Assembly: GCA_024276825.1 (NCBI GenBank)
Contig: JAJRWI010000009.1
Location: 4,902-68,901, forward strand
Origin: an archaeon
GTDB lineage: Archaea; Asgardarchaeota; Thorarchaeia; Thorarchaeales; Thorarchaeaceae
DNA length: 64,000 nucleotides
Direction of reading: 5' to 3'
Part shown: piece after piece, positions 18,117 to 27,550 of the stretch
Layout: each line of letters opens with the position of its first letter
How positions within the stretch are numbered: position 1 is the stretch's first letter
Position numbers and translations under genes: made by a program
Notes under the pieces: generated by a model
Seen by the model: only the letters and a program-made list of their open reading frames with translations
What the model was told of the DNA's origin: nothing
Databases searched by the model: none

Positions 18117-20303
18117 TCACAGCACCCCCATTATGACAAGAAGGATGATTATCATCACTCCAAGTCCAAAGATTATCATTGCAACATAATCGTTGATACG
18201 TCCCGTCTGCACAGTCATTCCCGTTCTGGATGCCTGCACACTCTGAGTGGCCACACCCTCAGCAAAGCCATCGATGACATGATCATCGAACCATCTAATC
18301 TTTCTCGACATCGTCTGTGCCAGTCTTGATGAACCAAAGTCAATGCCATCTATTATTCGATTGTCAATCTTTACACGCCACCACTCGACAAACCTCAAGA
18401 ACTTGTAAAGTACCCAGTAATAGAACTCGTTGATATACCAGCGATGTTTCAAAAAGCTGTAGACTCTTCTTCGGACTCCTCTTTCGGGAATGAGTGCATT
18501 GTTCTTACCTTCACCCTTGATGTAAATCATATATGCAGGAATGCCGCCCAGCGCCAATGCAGCCAGAGTGGCTCCAAAGGGTATCAGGCCAGGCATGGTG
18601 ATCTTGACTATAATCATTTCCATGAGAATCTCATCCCATGGAGTATCTGCAGCCAAGACAATGTTCTGAATTATCGGGTAAATGAGAAACGCGATTAGTG
18701 TGAATCCAGCAAGAATGTACAGTGGAATCATCATTGCAGGGCCCGGATCATGAGGCGAATTATGCGCCTCTTTATCTTGCATTTCATGATGCTCTTCTTC
18801 ATGGCCATAGAACACGATACCCATTAGTCTGATACTATAGAATATTGTGCACATAGCAGCCAAGACTGCAAGTATGAACAAGACCATTCCAAGCTGATTC
18901 AGAAACACACCTGCCTCAGAGGCCACTGCAAGCTCATATGTGTATTCGATGATTGAGTCTTTTGACCAGAACCCTGAGAATGGAGGAATTCCAGCAAGTG
19001 CTGCAACTCCAATCCACATCACCGCCAGGGTTCTTGGCATGTACTTCTTGAGACCACCCATTTTTGTCATGTACTTGGTATGAACCGCATGAATTACTCC
19101 GCCTGCTGCAAGGAATAGGAGAGCCTTGAAGGCACCATGACTGATGACATGAAGAACAGAAGAGAGATAGGCGGCTTCCCCAGCATGGAGGAGATGTTCA
19201 TTGGCCCCAATCAAAAGACCGCCAACGCCAATCGCCAACATCATGTAGCCCAGCTGACTTAGAGTAGAGAATGCCAGAACCTGCTTCATTTCGTTTGATG
19301 TCATACCCATGGTTGCTGTCATGAATGCAGTAATGGCACCAATGACAGCAATAACGAGGAAGAATGTCTGTGCACTGCCGAGCGAGATTAGAGAGGATTG
19401 AATATGTCCTGCAGCTTCCACAAGAGTGATGAGAAATCTGGCGCTTATGTATACTCCGGCCTTGACCATGGTGGCAGCATGAATTAGGGCAGAAACAGCA
19501 GTTGGACCTGCCATGGCCTCAGGCAGCCAAACCTGCAGTGGTGCCTGTCCGGACTTTCCAATCGCACCCATGAATATCAGCAGGAAGGTCGGTATCAGCA
19601 TTCCAGCCCCAACCATTGCTACAAACCATTCACCACTCTCAGCCATTTCAGTGAACATGAATGTTCCAGTGAAGAGAAATAGGAGAAGTATTCCCCCTAG
19701 CATAAAGGCGTCACCAATTCTTGTGACTATGAATGCCTTTGTGCCACAGTGTGTATTGTATTGACCCTCAGTCTTATAGTTCAGCAATGGATTGCTCTGA
19801 GGATAACCTGTGGGATCTTCTTCAGGAGGATTTCGTTTGTCGTTCCAGAAGCCAATCAGTCCATAGGAACAGAACCCCATTATCTCCCAGCCAATGAACC
19901 CGATCAATAGGTTGTTGCTCAATACAAGTGTCAGCATTCCGCCTCCGAAGGCAAGCATCAGGAAGAAGAATCGATCTTTGTCCTCTTCATGTGCCATATA
20001 TTCGGTACTGTAGACATAAATGAGGAAGCAGAGCGTGCTGGCCAGAACAGCCATAATAACCGACAGGGGATCCAATAAGACACCAAACTCAAGATGCAAT
20101 GAGGGAATCCACATCCAAGTTGTCTGTGTCTGAGGATTGTTGATCTCAAGGAGTAGCGACCAGCACAAGATCATAGTGATCCCCATCAGAATTGCGGGAG
20201 TCCAGTCTCTTAATTTCTGACTGAGCCTTCCAATCAGGGGGACGAATAATGAACCAGCAAGGGGAATCACAAGAATGATGTAATAGGGTAATCCGAACAG
20301 CAT
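18117..20303 (-). CDS. nuoL: Complex I antiporter-like subunit L (with long C-terminal lateral helix region)
   Basis: VWLPEAMAGPTAVSALIHAATMVKAGVY is the L-type signature. 728 aa with a C-terminal extension and a terminal TM. Confidence 0.85.
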   Translation of the reverse strand: MLFGLPYYIILVIPLAGSLFVPLIGRLSQKLRDWTPAILMGITMILCWSLLLEINNPQTQTTWMWIPSLHLEFGVLLDPLSVIMAVLASTLCFLIYVYSTEYMAHEEDKDRFFFLMLAFGGGMLTLVLSNNLLIGFIGWEIMGFCSYGLIGFWNDKRNPPEEDPTGYPQSNPLLNYKTEGQYNTHCGTKAFIVTRIGDAFMLGGILLLFLFTGTFMFTEMAESGEWFVAMVGAGMLIPTFLLIFMGAIGKSGQAPLQVWLPEAMAGPTAVSALIHAATMVKAGVYISARFLITLVEAAGHIQSSLISLGSAQTFFLVIAVIGAITAFMTATMGMTSNEMKQVLAFSTLSQLGYMMLAIGVGGLLIGANEHLLHAGEAAYLSSVLHVISHGAFKALLFLAAGGVIHAVHTKYMTKMGGLKKYMPRTLAVMWIGVAALAGIPPFSGFWSKDSIIEYTYELAVASEAGVFLNQLGMVLFILAVLAAMCTIFYSIRLMGIVFYGHEEEHHEMQDKEAHNSPHDPGPAMMIPLYILAGFTLIAFLIYPIIQNIVLAADTPWDEILMEMIIVKITMPGLIPFGATLAALALGGIPAYMIYIKGEGKNNALIPERGVRRRVYSFLKHRWYINEFYYWVLYKFLRFVEWWRVKIDNRIIDGIDFGSSRLAQTMSRKIRWFDDHVIDGFAEGVATQSVQASRTGMTVQTGRINDYVAMIIFGLGVMIIILLVIMGVL

Positions 20304-20313
20304 CTGTCACACC

Positions 20314-21843
20314 TCACGGAGTCGGAATGATATTAATCAGGTGACTGACTGCAGGCATAATCACATCCACAGCAAGCCCTGGGAATATTCCAAATAGCAC
20401 AATCAGCACGCCCAGTAGTATCTGGGGAATGATCATTGAGCGTGGACCCTCTTTGACATCTTCCAGCTCATCAGGATGAGGCCCGAGAAAGACCTTCCAG
20501 AGAAACCGCAGCATGTAGCCAGCACTAATGATTGAGCTCGAAACAGCAAAGATTGTCAGTATCAGAAAATTGAATGATCCAGTAGCATAATAGACTTGGA
20601 AGCCACCCAGAAACATCAACCATTCACTAGCAAAGCCTGAGAGGGGTGGGCTGCCTGCAATGCTCATGGCTCCGACTGCAGCCATAAATGCGGTGATTGG
20701 CATCTTATTGGAGAGACCGCCCATCTTATTGATATCTCTCAGACCTGTCTGATGGATAACTGTTCCAGCAGTCATGAACAACAGACCTTTTGAGAAGGCA
20801 TGATTAATCAGATGAAACATGCCTCCAGTCACGCCAAATGTGGAAAATGTGCCAAGGGCAAAGAGCACATAGCCCATTTGCGAAACTGATGAGTAAGCGA
20901 GCAGTCTCTTGATGTCCACTTGAACCAGTGCCATGAAGCCACCATAGAACATTGTGATGACGCCAATAGAACTGATGAAGAAAGCGAGGTCTCTGGCTGC
21001 TGAAAAGAGCATGATGTTTCCGAAGCGCATTAGAGCATAGGCACCGGTTTCAATCATTGCACCTGACAAGAGAACAGATATTGGAGTTGGAGCTTCAGCG
21101 TGAACGGGAGGTAGCCACCAATGGATTGGGAATACCGCCATCTTGACGAGAAACCCTGCAGCGAGTAAGATGAATATCACCTTGAGCATTCCAGAAGCAA
21201 TCAGTTCGCCAACAGCAGGCCCTCCAGCTATCAGAAATGCCTGAATGTCATTCAATACAAACATTCCTGTCACCATGTAGGTCAGTCCAAGGCCAACGAT
21301 TATGCAGACAGCTCCAGCCTGTGTGTAAAGCCAGAACTTCAGAGCTGTCCGCTGACGAGTTTCGGGTAGGCCCCAGAATAGTATCAGGAAATAGCTTGGG
21401 ACCAACATCAGCTCCCAGGCGATGAAGAACTCTACGATGTTAGTTGCAAGAGTGACCCATTGCATGCCCATTAGAAAGAACAGTTGATTTGCAAAGAAGG
21501 TCGACCTGTTCTCCATATGTTTCGTATAGCCGATAGCATAGACAACTGACAGGAATCCAAGGAATACTACAGCGAAAGTAATGGGAAATGCGACACCATC
21601 AAGAAACAGGCCAAATGAGCCCAAAACCGATGACCACTCGATAGACTCAAGGGCCACACCATTCTCGACCATCACACGATAGAACGGCGGTATCATGAGC
21701 AGCAAAGCAACAAAGGAGATTGCCGAGGCAACTTTTCCCGCATAGTTTTCAAATCGATCACCGTTCAGATATATCAACAGGCCGCCAAAGAACAGCACCA
21801 CGAGGGATGCTGTCATGAATGGAAATTCTACTATCTGCATCAT
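20314..21843 (-). CDS. Additional NuoM-like antiporter subunit (fourth antiporter-like subunit)
   Basis: FPIHWWLPPVHAEAPTPISVLLSGAMIETGAYALMRFG, an M-type motif. Sits between nuoI and nuoL. Its start overlaps the nuoI stop (ATGA). Confidence 0.75.
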   Translation of the reverse strand: MMQIVEFPFMTASLVVLFFGGLLIYLNGDRFENYAGKVASAISFVALLLMIPPFYRVMVENGVALESIEWSSVLGSFGLFLDGVAFPITFAVVFLGFLSVVYAIGYTKHMENRSTFFANQLFFLMGMQWVTLATNIVEFFIAWELMLVPSYFLILFWGLPETRQRTALKFWLYTQAGAVCIIVGLGLTYMVTGMFVLNDIQAFLIAGGPAVGELIASGMLKVIFILLAAGFLVKMAVFPIHWWLPPVHAEAPTPISVLLSGAMIETGAYALMRFGNIMLFSAARDLAFFISSIGVITMFYGGFMALVQVDIKRLLAYSSVSQMGYVLFALGTFSTFGVTGGMFHLINHAFSKGLLFMTAGTVIHQTGLRDINKMGGLSNKMPITAFMAAVGAMSIAGSPPLSGFASEWLMFLGGFQVYYATGSFNFLILTIFAVSSSIISAGYMLRFLWKVFLGPHPDELEDVKEGPRSMIIPQILLGVLIVLFGIFPGLAVDVIMPAVSHLINIIPTP

Positions 21844-22271
21844 CTGAATCTACTCCCTCGCCATTCTAGAGGATCCCTGTCTAGGGTTTCTATTCTTTCT
21901 GGATCGTAATGCAATCGCTCGCGTTCTGGCTCGCTCAGATCAACCACTTTAGTATGGAACAAGGCATTAAACCGACATGCTTGAACACAGAGGCCACAGA
22001 ATATGCATCGAGTATAGTCAAAATACAAGGCTGCATCCTTCTCATATTTGCGGTCAGACTTGTCAATTCTGATGGCCACGACAGGGCAGGCCCGCACACA
22101 TTGTGCGCATGCAGTACATTTCTCTCTAATGTGTATATGTCGGCCTCGTGTACGTTCAGGATGCTCCCGGTCCTCGTAGGGATAGAGCACCGTAAATGGT
22201 CGCTCAAAGACCTGACTGAACACATGTTTTAAGATTGTGAATATTTCTCCGAGAGTTGAAAAGAACCCCAT
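21840..22271 (-). CDS. nuoI: Complex I subunit I (2x[4Fe-4S] ferredoxin-like)
   Basis: CTACAQCVRACP and CIFCGLCVQACR cluster motifs. 143 aa. Confidence 0.85.
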   Translation of the reverse strand: MGFFSTLGEIFTILKHVFSQVFERPFTVLYPYEDREHPERTRGRHIHIREKCTACAQCVRACPVVAIRIDKSDRKYEKDAALYFDYTRCIFCGLCVQACRFNALFHTKVVDLSEPERERLHYDPERIETLDRDPLEWRGSRFR

Positions 22272-22275
22272 TTGC

Positions 22276-23415
22276 TTAACCTCCCATTACAAGGGCCGCA
22301 AGGCCATCAATGTATGCCAGTCCAAATAGCACAAGAATGATGTTCAGCATTGATAGTGGCAGCAAATATTTCCAGCAGTATCTTGTGATCTGGTCCTGCC
22401 TTAGTCTGTAAAATGAAGATGTCACTATAATGAAGAAGAACATCACAATCAAGAATTTGATTATAAAGTTGACAAATCCCGGTAGAAACGGAAGTCCTGA
22501 AGCTCCTCCAAAGAAAAGTACAACCATGAGTGCGCTATAGAGCATCTGTTCAGCAAACTCTGCAAAGTAGGTCAGAGTGAAATAGACACCAGAGAGTTCA
22601 GTTCTCCAGCCAAAAATAATCTCGGAGTCTGCAACAGGTGCATCAAACGGGAAGGTCCCAACAGCGACCACAGAGCTGACAAGGAAGGTAACAAAATTGA
22701 TCGGTAGCAGAAACACATACCACACCGAACTCTGAGCTCCTGAAATCGCCATTAGACTCAGAGACCCAGCAAGCAGGGCAGGACCAACTGAAGACATTAT
22801 GATGGGGATTTCTGCTGCAAACTGATTGTTTGCTGCTCGGAAACCACCTATCAATGAGTATTTAGAGCCGCTAATCCATCCAATCAGTAATGCCAGAATT
22901 GGTACTGCGGCTAGAAATGCAAACACTAGTACTAGGCTAACGCTAAGGTCAGCGATATACCAAGTTGCGTCCCAAGGTATGAAAGCGAAGGGCAGAAGGA
23001 CTATGACTAACAGGATTGATGGTAAGATGCGATACATCCAACGTCTTGAACCATCAGGAATGATGACCTCTTTGGAAATAAGCTTGATGGCATCAGCAAA
23101 GAGCTGCAGTCCACCAAATTTGCCCATATGAAACGGACCCCGTCGCATCTGGATTCGACCCCACATTTTTCGGGTGAACCAGACTGTATAGATCAGGGCA
23201 AGGACTACGAATATGAGTCCTGGAAATAAGATTGCCTTAATCAGAAAGTCGAGATTCAGGAAGACTAAATCCCAAATCCAGAATATAACACCCCAGACCC
23301 AGTTGTAGACCCAAAGGATGATTCCAACAATCCAGTTAACGACATCATAAACCCAGAAGATTAGCCCATAGACCCAATCAATCAGAATTTGAAACCAGTT
23401 GACTTGCATCATCAC
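22276..23415 (-). CDS. nuoH: Complex I subunit H with an unusual Trp-rich N-terminal repeat extension
   Basis: RKMWGRIQMRRGPFHMGKFGGLQLFADAIKLISKE is the NuoH signature. Residues 6-52 are NWFQILIDWVYGLIFWVYDVVNWIVGIILWVYNWVWGVIFWIWDLVFL. Confidence 0.85.
   Translation of the reverse strand: MMMQVNWFQILIDWVYGLIFWVYDVVNWIVGIILWVYNWVWGVIFWIWDLVFLNLDFLIKAILFPGLIFVVLALIYTVWFTRKMWGRIQMRRGPFHMGKFGGLQLFADAIKLISKEVIIPDGSRRWMYRILPSILLVIVLLPFAFIPWDATWYIADLSVSLVLVFAFLAAVPILALLIGWISGSKYSLIGGFRAANNQFAAEIPIIMSSVGPALLAGSLSLMAISGAQSSVWYVFLLPINFVTFLVSSVVAVGTFPFDAPVADSEIIFGWRTELSGVYFTLTYFAEFAEQMLYSALMVVLFFGGASGLPFLPGFVNFIIKFLIVMFFFIIVTSSFYRLRQDQITRYCWKYLLPLSMLNIILVLFGLAYIDGLAALVMGG
23260..23400 (-). repeat. 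Imperfect 21-nt (heptad) coding repeat at the nuoH 5' end
   Basis: Repeated heptad: ILIDWVY / GLIFWVY / DVVNWIV / GIILWVY / NWVWGVI / FWIWDLV. At DNA level the reiterated units are like aacccagtt, aatccagtt and gacccaatc. Confidence 0.5.
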
Positions 23416-23425
23416 TCTTATCCTC

Positions 23426-24562
23426 CTATCTGTCCCAAAGCCCGGGATATGGATCTAGACTTCCAAATATCACAATAAAGTCTGCAAAGCGCGATCCTGG
23501 CACTAGATGCTTTAAGGCATAGTATGAGGCAAAGCACGGGCCTCGAATCTTCGCCCTATAGGCGGTCTGTGCCTTTTCGGTCGTCTTCAACCAGAGGGAG
23601 GTTATTCCTCGTGTCCCTTCAACTCTGCCATATGCCTCGCCTTCAGGTAGTCTGTTTGCCTTTGCTCTTGCCTTTGGATCAATTATTGGACCTTCTGGAA
23701 TCTGAGGCAATAGCTGTCGTATTATGTTGATTGAGGTCTCAACCTCCAAAAACCGCTGAACCATTCTGTCGTAAGCATCGCTCTGGCCGGGATGCTCCTC
23801 ATTGTGAACCGTGGGCACTTCCCAGTCTGCAAGATCATAGGCGAGGTTGGAGTCGGGCTTGTCCTTTCGCAGGTCCATTGGCACCCCACACGCCTTGATG
23901 TTCGGTCCTGAGAGACCCCAACGTAGGCCCTGTTCTGCACTGAAGAGACCTACATTCTTTGTACGAAGACGAAATGTCGGGCCATGTAATAGCATATCTT
24001 TGAACTTCGGCAATCGTTCCTCGATCCGCAATAGTGCACGATCAAGTTTCTTGAGAAATTTGTCAGTAAAGTCGTATTTCACGCCGCCAGGAGTATTGAA
24101 TGAAACTGCATGACGAGAGCCTGTGAGTTCCTCAAAGGCATCTAGGAAGTATTCACGATCCACCCATGGCCATAATAGCATCGTGAATAGACCAAGTTCT
24201 GCTGCAAACTGCCCCCACCAGAACTGAAGACTATGGATTCGACTGGCCTCCATGAGAATTGTACGCATGATACGGGCACGTTCGGGAACCTCAAGTCCAG
24301 CAATCTGCTCAACCGCTGAAACATATGGATATTCCATAAGAAATGATTCAAGCATGCACAACCGCTCCATCACTAGGGGGCCCTGCCTGAAATTCCTAAA
24401 CTCCAGCACTTTTTCAGCAGAACGATGGAAGTAGCCAGCATGCGGGTCACATTCCACAATGTAATCACCAATGAGTGTCAGCTTAGCGGCCCAGCCATGT
24501 GCTGAAACATGTTGGGGGCCAAACCAGATCTCGATTGCTTCATCAAGAATGTCAGGACTCAT
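23426..24562 (-). CDS. nuoD: Complex I subunit D (49 kDa, quinone-binding; not a hydrogenase large subunit)
   Basis: GPQHVSAHG motif. No N-terminal RxCGxC or C-terminal DPCxxC NiFe-ligand motifs. Confidence 0.85.
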   Translation of the reverse strand: MSPDILDEAIEIWFGPQHVSAHGWAAKLTLIGDYIVECDPHAGYFHRSAEKVLEFRNFRQGPLVMERLCMLESFLMEYPYVSAVEQIAGLEVPERARIMRTILMEASRIHSLQFWWGQFAAELGLFTMLLWPWVDREYFLDAFEELTGSRHAVSFNTPGGVKYDFTDKFLKKLDRALLRIEERLPKFKDMLLHGPTFRLRTKNVGLFSAEQGLRWGLSGPNIKACGVPMDLRKDKPDSNLAYDLADWEVPTVHNEEHPGQSDAYDRMVQRFLEVETSINIIRQLLPQIPEGPIIDPKARAKANRLPEGEAYGRVEGTRGITSLWLKTTEKAQTAYRAKIRGPCFASYYALKHLVPGSRFADFIVIFGSLDPYPGLWDR

Positions 24563-25074
24563 TATTCATTCGCCTCCTTTGGTGGGCGTGGCTTGGGCTG
24601 CGGAAGTCCAGACTCTGCCAATCGACTGCGGTCAGTCATAAAGCTCTTTCTCATGGGATATCTTCCTACAAGTTCATCAGGAAGCAATAGAGGTCTGAGA
24701 TCGGGATGTCCCTTGAACTTGATACCGAACATCTCATGGGTCTCGCGCTCATGCCATTCAAGTCCAGCAATAATATCACTCACAGTATCAATCTCTGGGG
24801 GCTCGCCCTCAAGTAGAACCCGCACTTGAACCAGCAGTCTTTTGTTTCGCGACCAGAAGATGTAGATCATCTCATACTGATTGTTCCTTAGATCCACACC
24901 GAAGCACGATTCAGGAAACAGATCATTGATGTACTCGTCTAAGAATCTGATTACATCACGTATCTTCTCCGGAGCTGCTTTGATGTCCAGTCTGTCAATT
25001 GATGGCACTACTTCAATATCAGGCATCTTGTTGACCAGTTCCCGAGCCAGAGTCATTGCCTCACCATCACTCAT
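24562..25074 (-). CDS. nuoC: Complex I subunit C (30 kDa)
   Basis: EWHERETHEMFGIKFKGHPDLRPLLLPDE is the NuoC signature. The ORF is open to 25113, but Met codons at 25074 or 25056 are the more likely starts given the nuoK stop at 25067. Confidence 0.75.
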   Translation of the reverse strand: MSDGEAMTLARELVNKMPDIEVVPSIDRLDIKAAPEKIRDVIRFLDEYINDLFPESCFGVDLRNNQYEMIYIFWSRNKRLLVQVRVLLEGEPPEIDTVSDIIAGLEWHERETHEMFGIKFKGHPDLRPLLLPDELVGRYPMRKSFMTDRSRLAESGLPQPKPRPPKEANE

Positions 25075-25387
25075 CAGAAATCTCCTCCTGAACAACTGGG
25101 ACACCGAGGTCAATGGTCTGATATCTACGATGATACATGAGCATTAGTACCATGGCCAGAGCTGTATGAGCTGCAGCTACTGAAATAATCAGAATGACAA
25201 GACCTTGGCCAGTGAATGTAAAAGTGTCCAGATATAATGAGAATGCAACTAGAGCGATCATTACACCATTTCCCATGATTTCTGCGCTAATGATTATTCG
25301 AATGAGGTTTCTCTTCACCATCATTCCATATGCTCCAAGCCCAATGAGCATGAAAGCAAGTGCAAGATACCATGATAATGGAATCAT
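25067..25387 (-). CDS. nuoK: Complex I subunit K
   Basis: 106 aa, 3 TM, with IIISAEIMGNGVMIALVAFS and AAHTALAMVLMLM. Confidence 0.8.
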   Translation of the reverse strand: MIPLSWYLALAFMLIGLGAYGMMVKRNLIRIIISAEIMGNGVMIALVAFSLYLDTFTFTGQGLVILIISVAAAHTALAMVLMLMYHRRYQTIDLGVPVVQEEISDE

Positions 25388-25389
25388 CC

Positions 25390-26058
25390 TTATGTCCCCT
25401 CCTCTTCAGCATCCTGTGCCATTATGACAGGAACGGTGTCTTCTGATTTGTTTCCCGCCTTTGCTTTTTCAGAAGTGTCATCATCCCAGGTCGCTAAGCC
25501 ATATACACCACTCTCAGGGTTCAAATGCTCAGCCTTCTCAAGCTTAAGGATTGCAAGTGAACCAATTAATGATGTGAGAATAATTATCGCGATAAACTGA
25601 ACATATATTCCATGGTTACCCCAAAGCCATTGCGCAAGCCCTTCAAGGCTCTGAGCCAAGTCAACATTAACTGCAGGGATCTCAGTGGGCCAAGTGAATA
25701 AAAAGACCAGACTCCCGCTCAAGATTATTACAAATATTGAAAGAACAATTCCTAATCGCTTCTTTCTGATTGTCTCAAAGCGCTCGCGCGTTGTGTCATG
25801 AAAGATGGGAAGTAGTAATACTCCAAAGATTATCAGCACACTGATGCCTCCAGTGTAGACAGCAATCTGCATACCTGCAACAAAGGGGGCTTCAAGCAAT
25901 AGGAAAAAGCCTGCTACAAAGGAGGCCATTATTCCAAAGAAGAACACTGCATAGACCAAGTCTTTGTGTTCAAGAGCCAGTATTGCAAGAACAAGCACAA
26001 TTCCTGCAATTAGAAGGAATTCAATATGTTCGAGTAGTGCTTCAATCTGCATAAGCAT
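25390..26058 (-). CDS. nuoJ: Complex I subunit J
   Basis: GMQIAVYTGGISVLIIFGVLLL is J-type. Acidic C-terminal tail. Confidence 0.8.
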   Translation of the reverse strand: MLMQIEALLEHIEFLLIAGIVLVLAILALEHKDLVYAVFFFGIMASFVAGFFLLLEAPFVAGMQIAVYTGGISVLIIFGVLLLPIFHDTTRERFETIRKKRLGIVLSIFVIILSGSLVFLFTWPTEIPAVNVDLAQSLEGLAQWLWGNHGIYVQFIAIIILTSLIGSLAILKLEKAEHLNPESGVYGLATWDDDTSEKAKAGNKSEDTVPVIMAQDAEEEGT

Positions 26059-26492
26059 TAATGGTGAACCTCCTTTGTTTCATGCTTGGTTTTTGCCTCC
26101 CGATACAGCTTGAGGGTCTCCTCGCCAGACAGGAAGGTTTGCGGCAGAATCTTTACAGCAAACATGATTCCTGCCATTATGAACAGAGCAAAGAAAAGGA
26201 CCTGCCAGACAACCATCTTATCAAGTCGTAGTGCAGATACTGAGAACAACCAAAGAAAGGCGCCCATTACATCTACAACTAGAAACAAGATGGAATAGAC
26301 TATGTAATTATAGGGATATGAGACTCTTGCTGGACCAATTGGCTCTTCACCGCATTCATAGGTCGAGGTCTTCTCAGAGTTCTGCAACACATGGGGACGT
26401 AGCACCCATGAAGCAAGCAGCATAACAATAACCAGAACAACTGCAAGTATTGCCCATACCAGCACGGGGATGAAGTCCAGGAACAATCTCAT
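26058..26492 (-). CDS. nuoA: Complex I subunit A
   Basis: YECGEEPIGPARVSYPYNYIVYSILFLVVDV is the NuoA signature. First gene of the contiguous A-J-K-C-D-H-I-M'-L-M-N block. Confidence 0.8.
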   Translation of the reverse strand: MRLFLDFIPVLVWAILAVVLVIVMLLASWVLRPHVLQNSEKTSTYECGEEPIGPARVSYPYNYIVYSILFLVVDVMGAFLWLFSVSALRLDKMVVWQVLFFALFIMAGIMFAVKILPQTFLSGEETLKLYREAKTKHETKEVHH

Positions 26493-26506
26493 GCTATCAC
26501 CGTCCC

Positions 26507-26532
26507 CATGTTGATGTTATCAAATCAACATG
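26507..26532. promoter_or_regulatory. Perfect 9-bp inverted repeat (operator-like) 15-40 nt upstream of the nuoA start
   Basis: CATGTTGAT-gttatcaa-ATCAACATG. Sits in the divergent intergenic region between nuoA (minus) and a small membrane-protein gene (plus). Confidence 0.3.
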
Positions 26533-26655
26533 TGAAGTAGGATTCTAGCCACAATTTCCATGATAAAAAGACTTCGCAAGCAAGGAGAAGATGTTATATA
26601 TAGCTCATTTACGAATTCTGACATGTGTTGAAAGGAACAGAATGGTGAAAGATTC

Positions 26656-27021
26656 ATGGTCATGATCAAAATCACATGGACTTCATTGTATTATGTAGGG
26701 TTCATACTAGGACTATTCTTGGTCGCCACAAATCTCTGGGTCATTATCGACACAATTCCTGTTAATTATACGGTTCATTTCATTCTATTCATGAGCGGAA
26801 TTGGAATGGTAATCTCAACATTGCTTATTGTCAATTCAAGCAGCCGGTCGGGAAGATTATTATTGACGATTGCATCGGGGTCCTTGGCAGGAGTTCATGG
26901 ATTTCTTGATGTGGTCTACTTTCCAACCCTTCCAGGATATTTCATGTTCATGTGGCTGGCTTTCGGAACATTGTTGACCCTCTCCTGCTACGATTGGCTG
27001 GCCAGAAAGCCATCTGCATAG
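26656..27021 (+). CDS. Small 4-TM membrane protein, unknown function, encoded inside the nuo locus on the opposite strand
   Basis: 121 aa, four hydrophobic segments. Fills the 530-nt gap between nuoA and the upstream minus-strand genes. Confidence 0.4.
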   Translation: MVMIKITWTSLYYVGFILGLFLVATNLWVIIDTIPVNYTVHFILFMSGIGMVISTLLIVNSSSRSGRLLLTIASGSLAGVHGFLDVVYFPTLPGYFMFMWLAFGTLLTLSCYDWLARKPSA

Positions 27022-27025
27022 TTGT

Positions 27026-27550
27026 TCATGATGTGCTTTCTTCTGATTGGTCTCCTGCAGAAGGCACTGTTTCAGTTTTGGGTTTCTTTTCAGGTTCAGG
27101 CTCTGGCTCAGGCGCAGGCTTAGGGCCATAATGGAGAGCACTCACATCCATTATCCCAAGAGTCGTGGCCTGATCATAGCTGTGTCTCATGGAGAAACCC
27201 AAAGCAACAACAATTGCACTCCCAATACCCCAAGTTGTGAGAAACACCCCTCCAACAGGGTAGGAGATCACAAGGTATAATGCAGAGAGAAAGATTGCCA
27301 ATGCGAGCATGTTGATCCTCAACTTCTTCCTCTTTGGTCTGAAATAGCCAATGAATAAAAACACAAGAAGCACAGGGATTATTATCAGTGATAGAAATCT
27401 CCCGCCGAGAGATGCGATGAAGTCAGCCTGCAAGAACTGGTTATAGAAGAAATTGAAGTAATATGCTGCAAAGAAGAGTATTCCAACCCACAATGTGCAG
27501 TATGGATCAGCATCCTCACGAAGTCTTGGTGTTCTTGACTCAGAACTCAT
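27026..27550 (-). CDS. Small 4-TM membrane protein with Pro/Glu-rich C-terminal tail, translationally coupled to the FAD-oxidase::NuoB gene
   Basis: ATG at 27550-27548 overlaps the TGA stop of the upstream gene (ATGA). Four TM segments, then PKPAPEPEPEPEKKPKTE. The ORF-track N-terminal 15-aa extension was trimmed. Confidence 0.5.
   Translation of the reverse strand: MSSESRTPRLREDADPYCTLWVGILFFAAYYFNFFYNQFLQADFIASLGGRFLSLIIIPVLLVFLFIGYFRPKRKKLRINMLALAIFLSALYLVISYPVGGVFLTTWGIGSAIVVALGFSMRHSYDQATTLGIMDVSALHYGPKPAPEPEPEPEKKPKTETVPSAGDQSEESTS

Noticed and set aside
23426-24562. Possibility that the D-type subunit is a [NiFe] hydrogenase large subunit (i.e. that the locus is an energy-converting hydrogenase rather than complex I)
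   Set aside because: No RxCGxC N-terminal or DPCxxC C-terminal metal-ligand motifs. GPQHVSAHG and the overall NuoD-like sequence favour a quinone-reducing complex.
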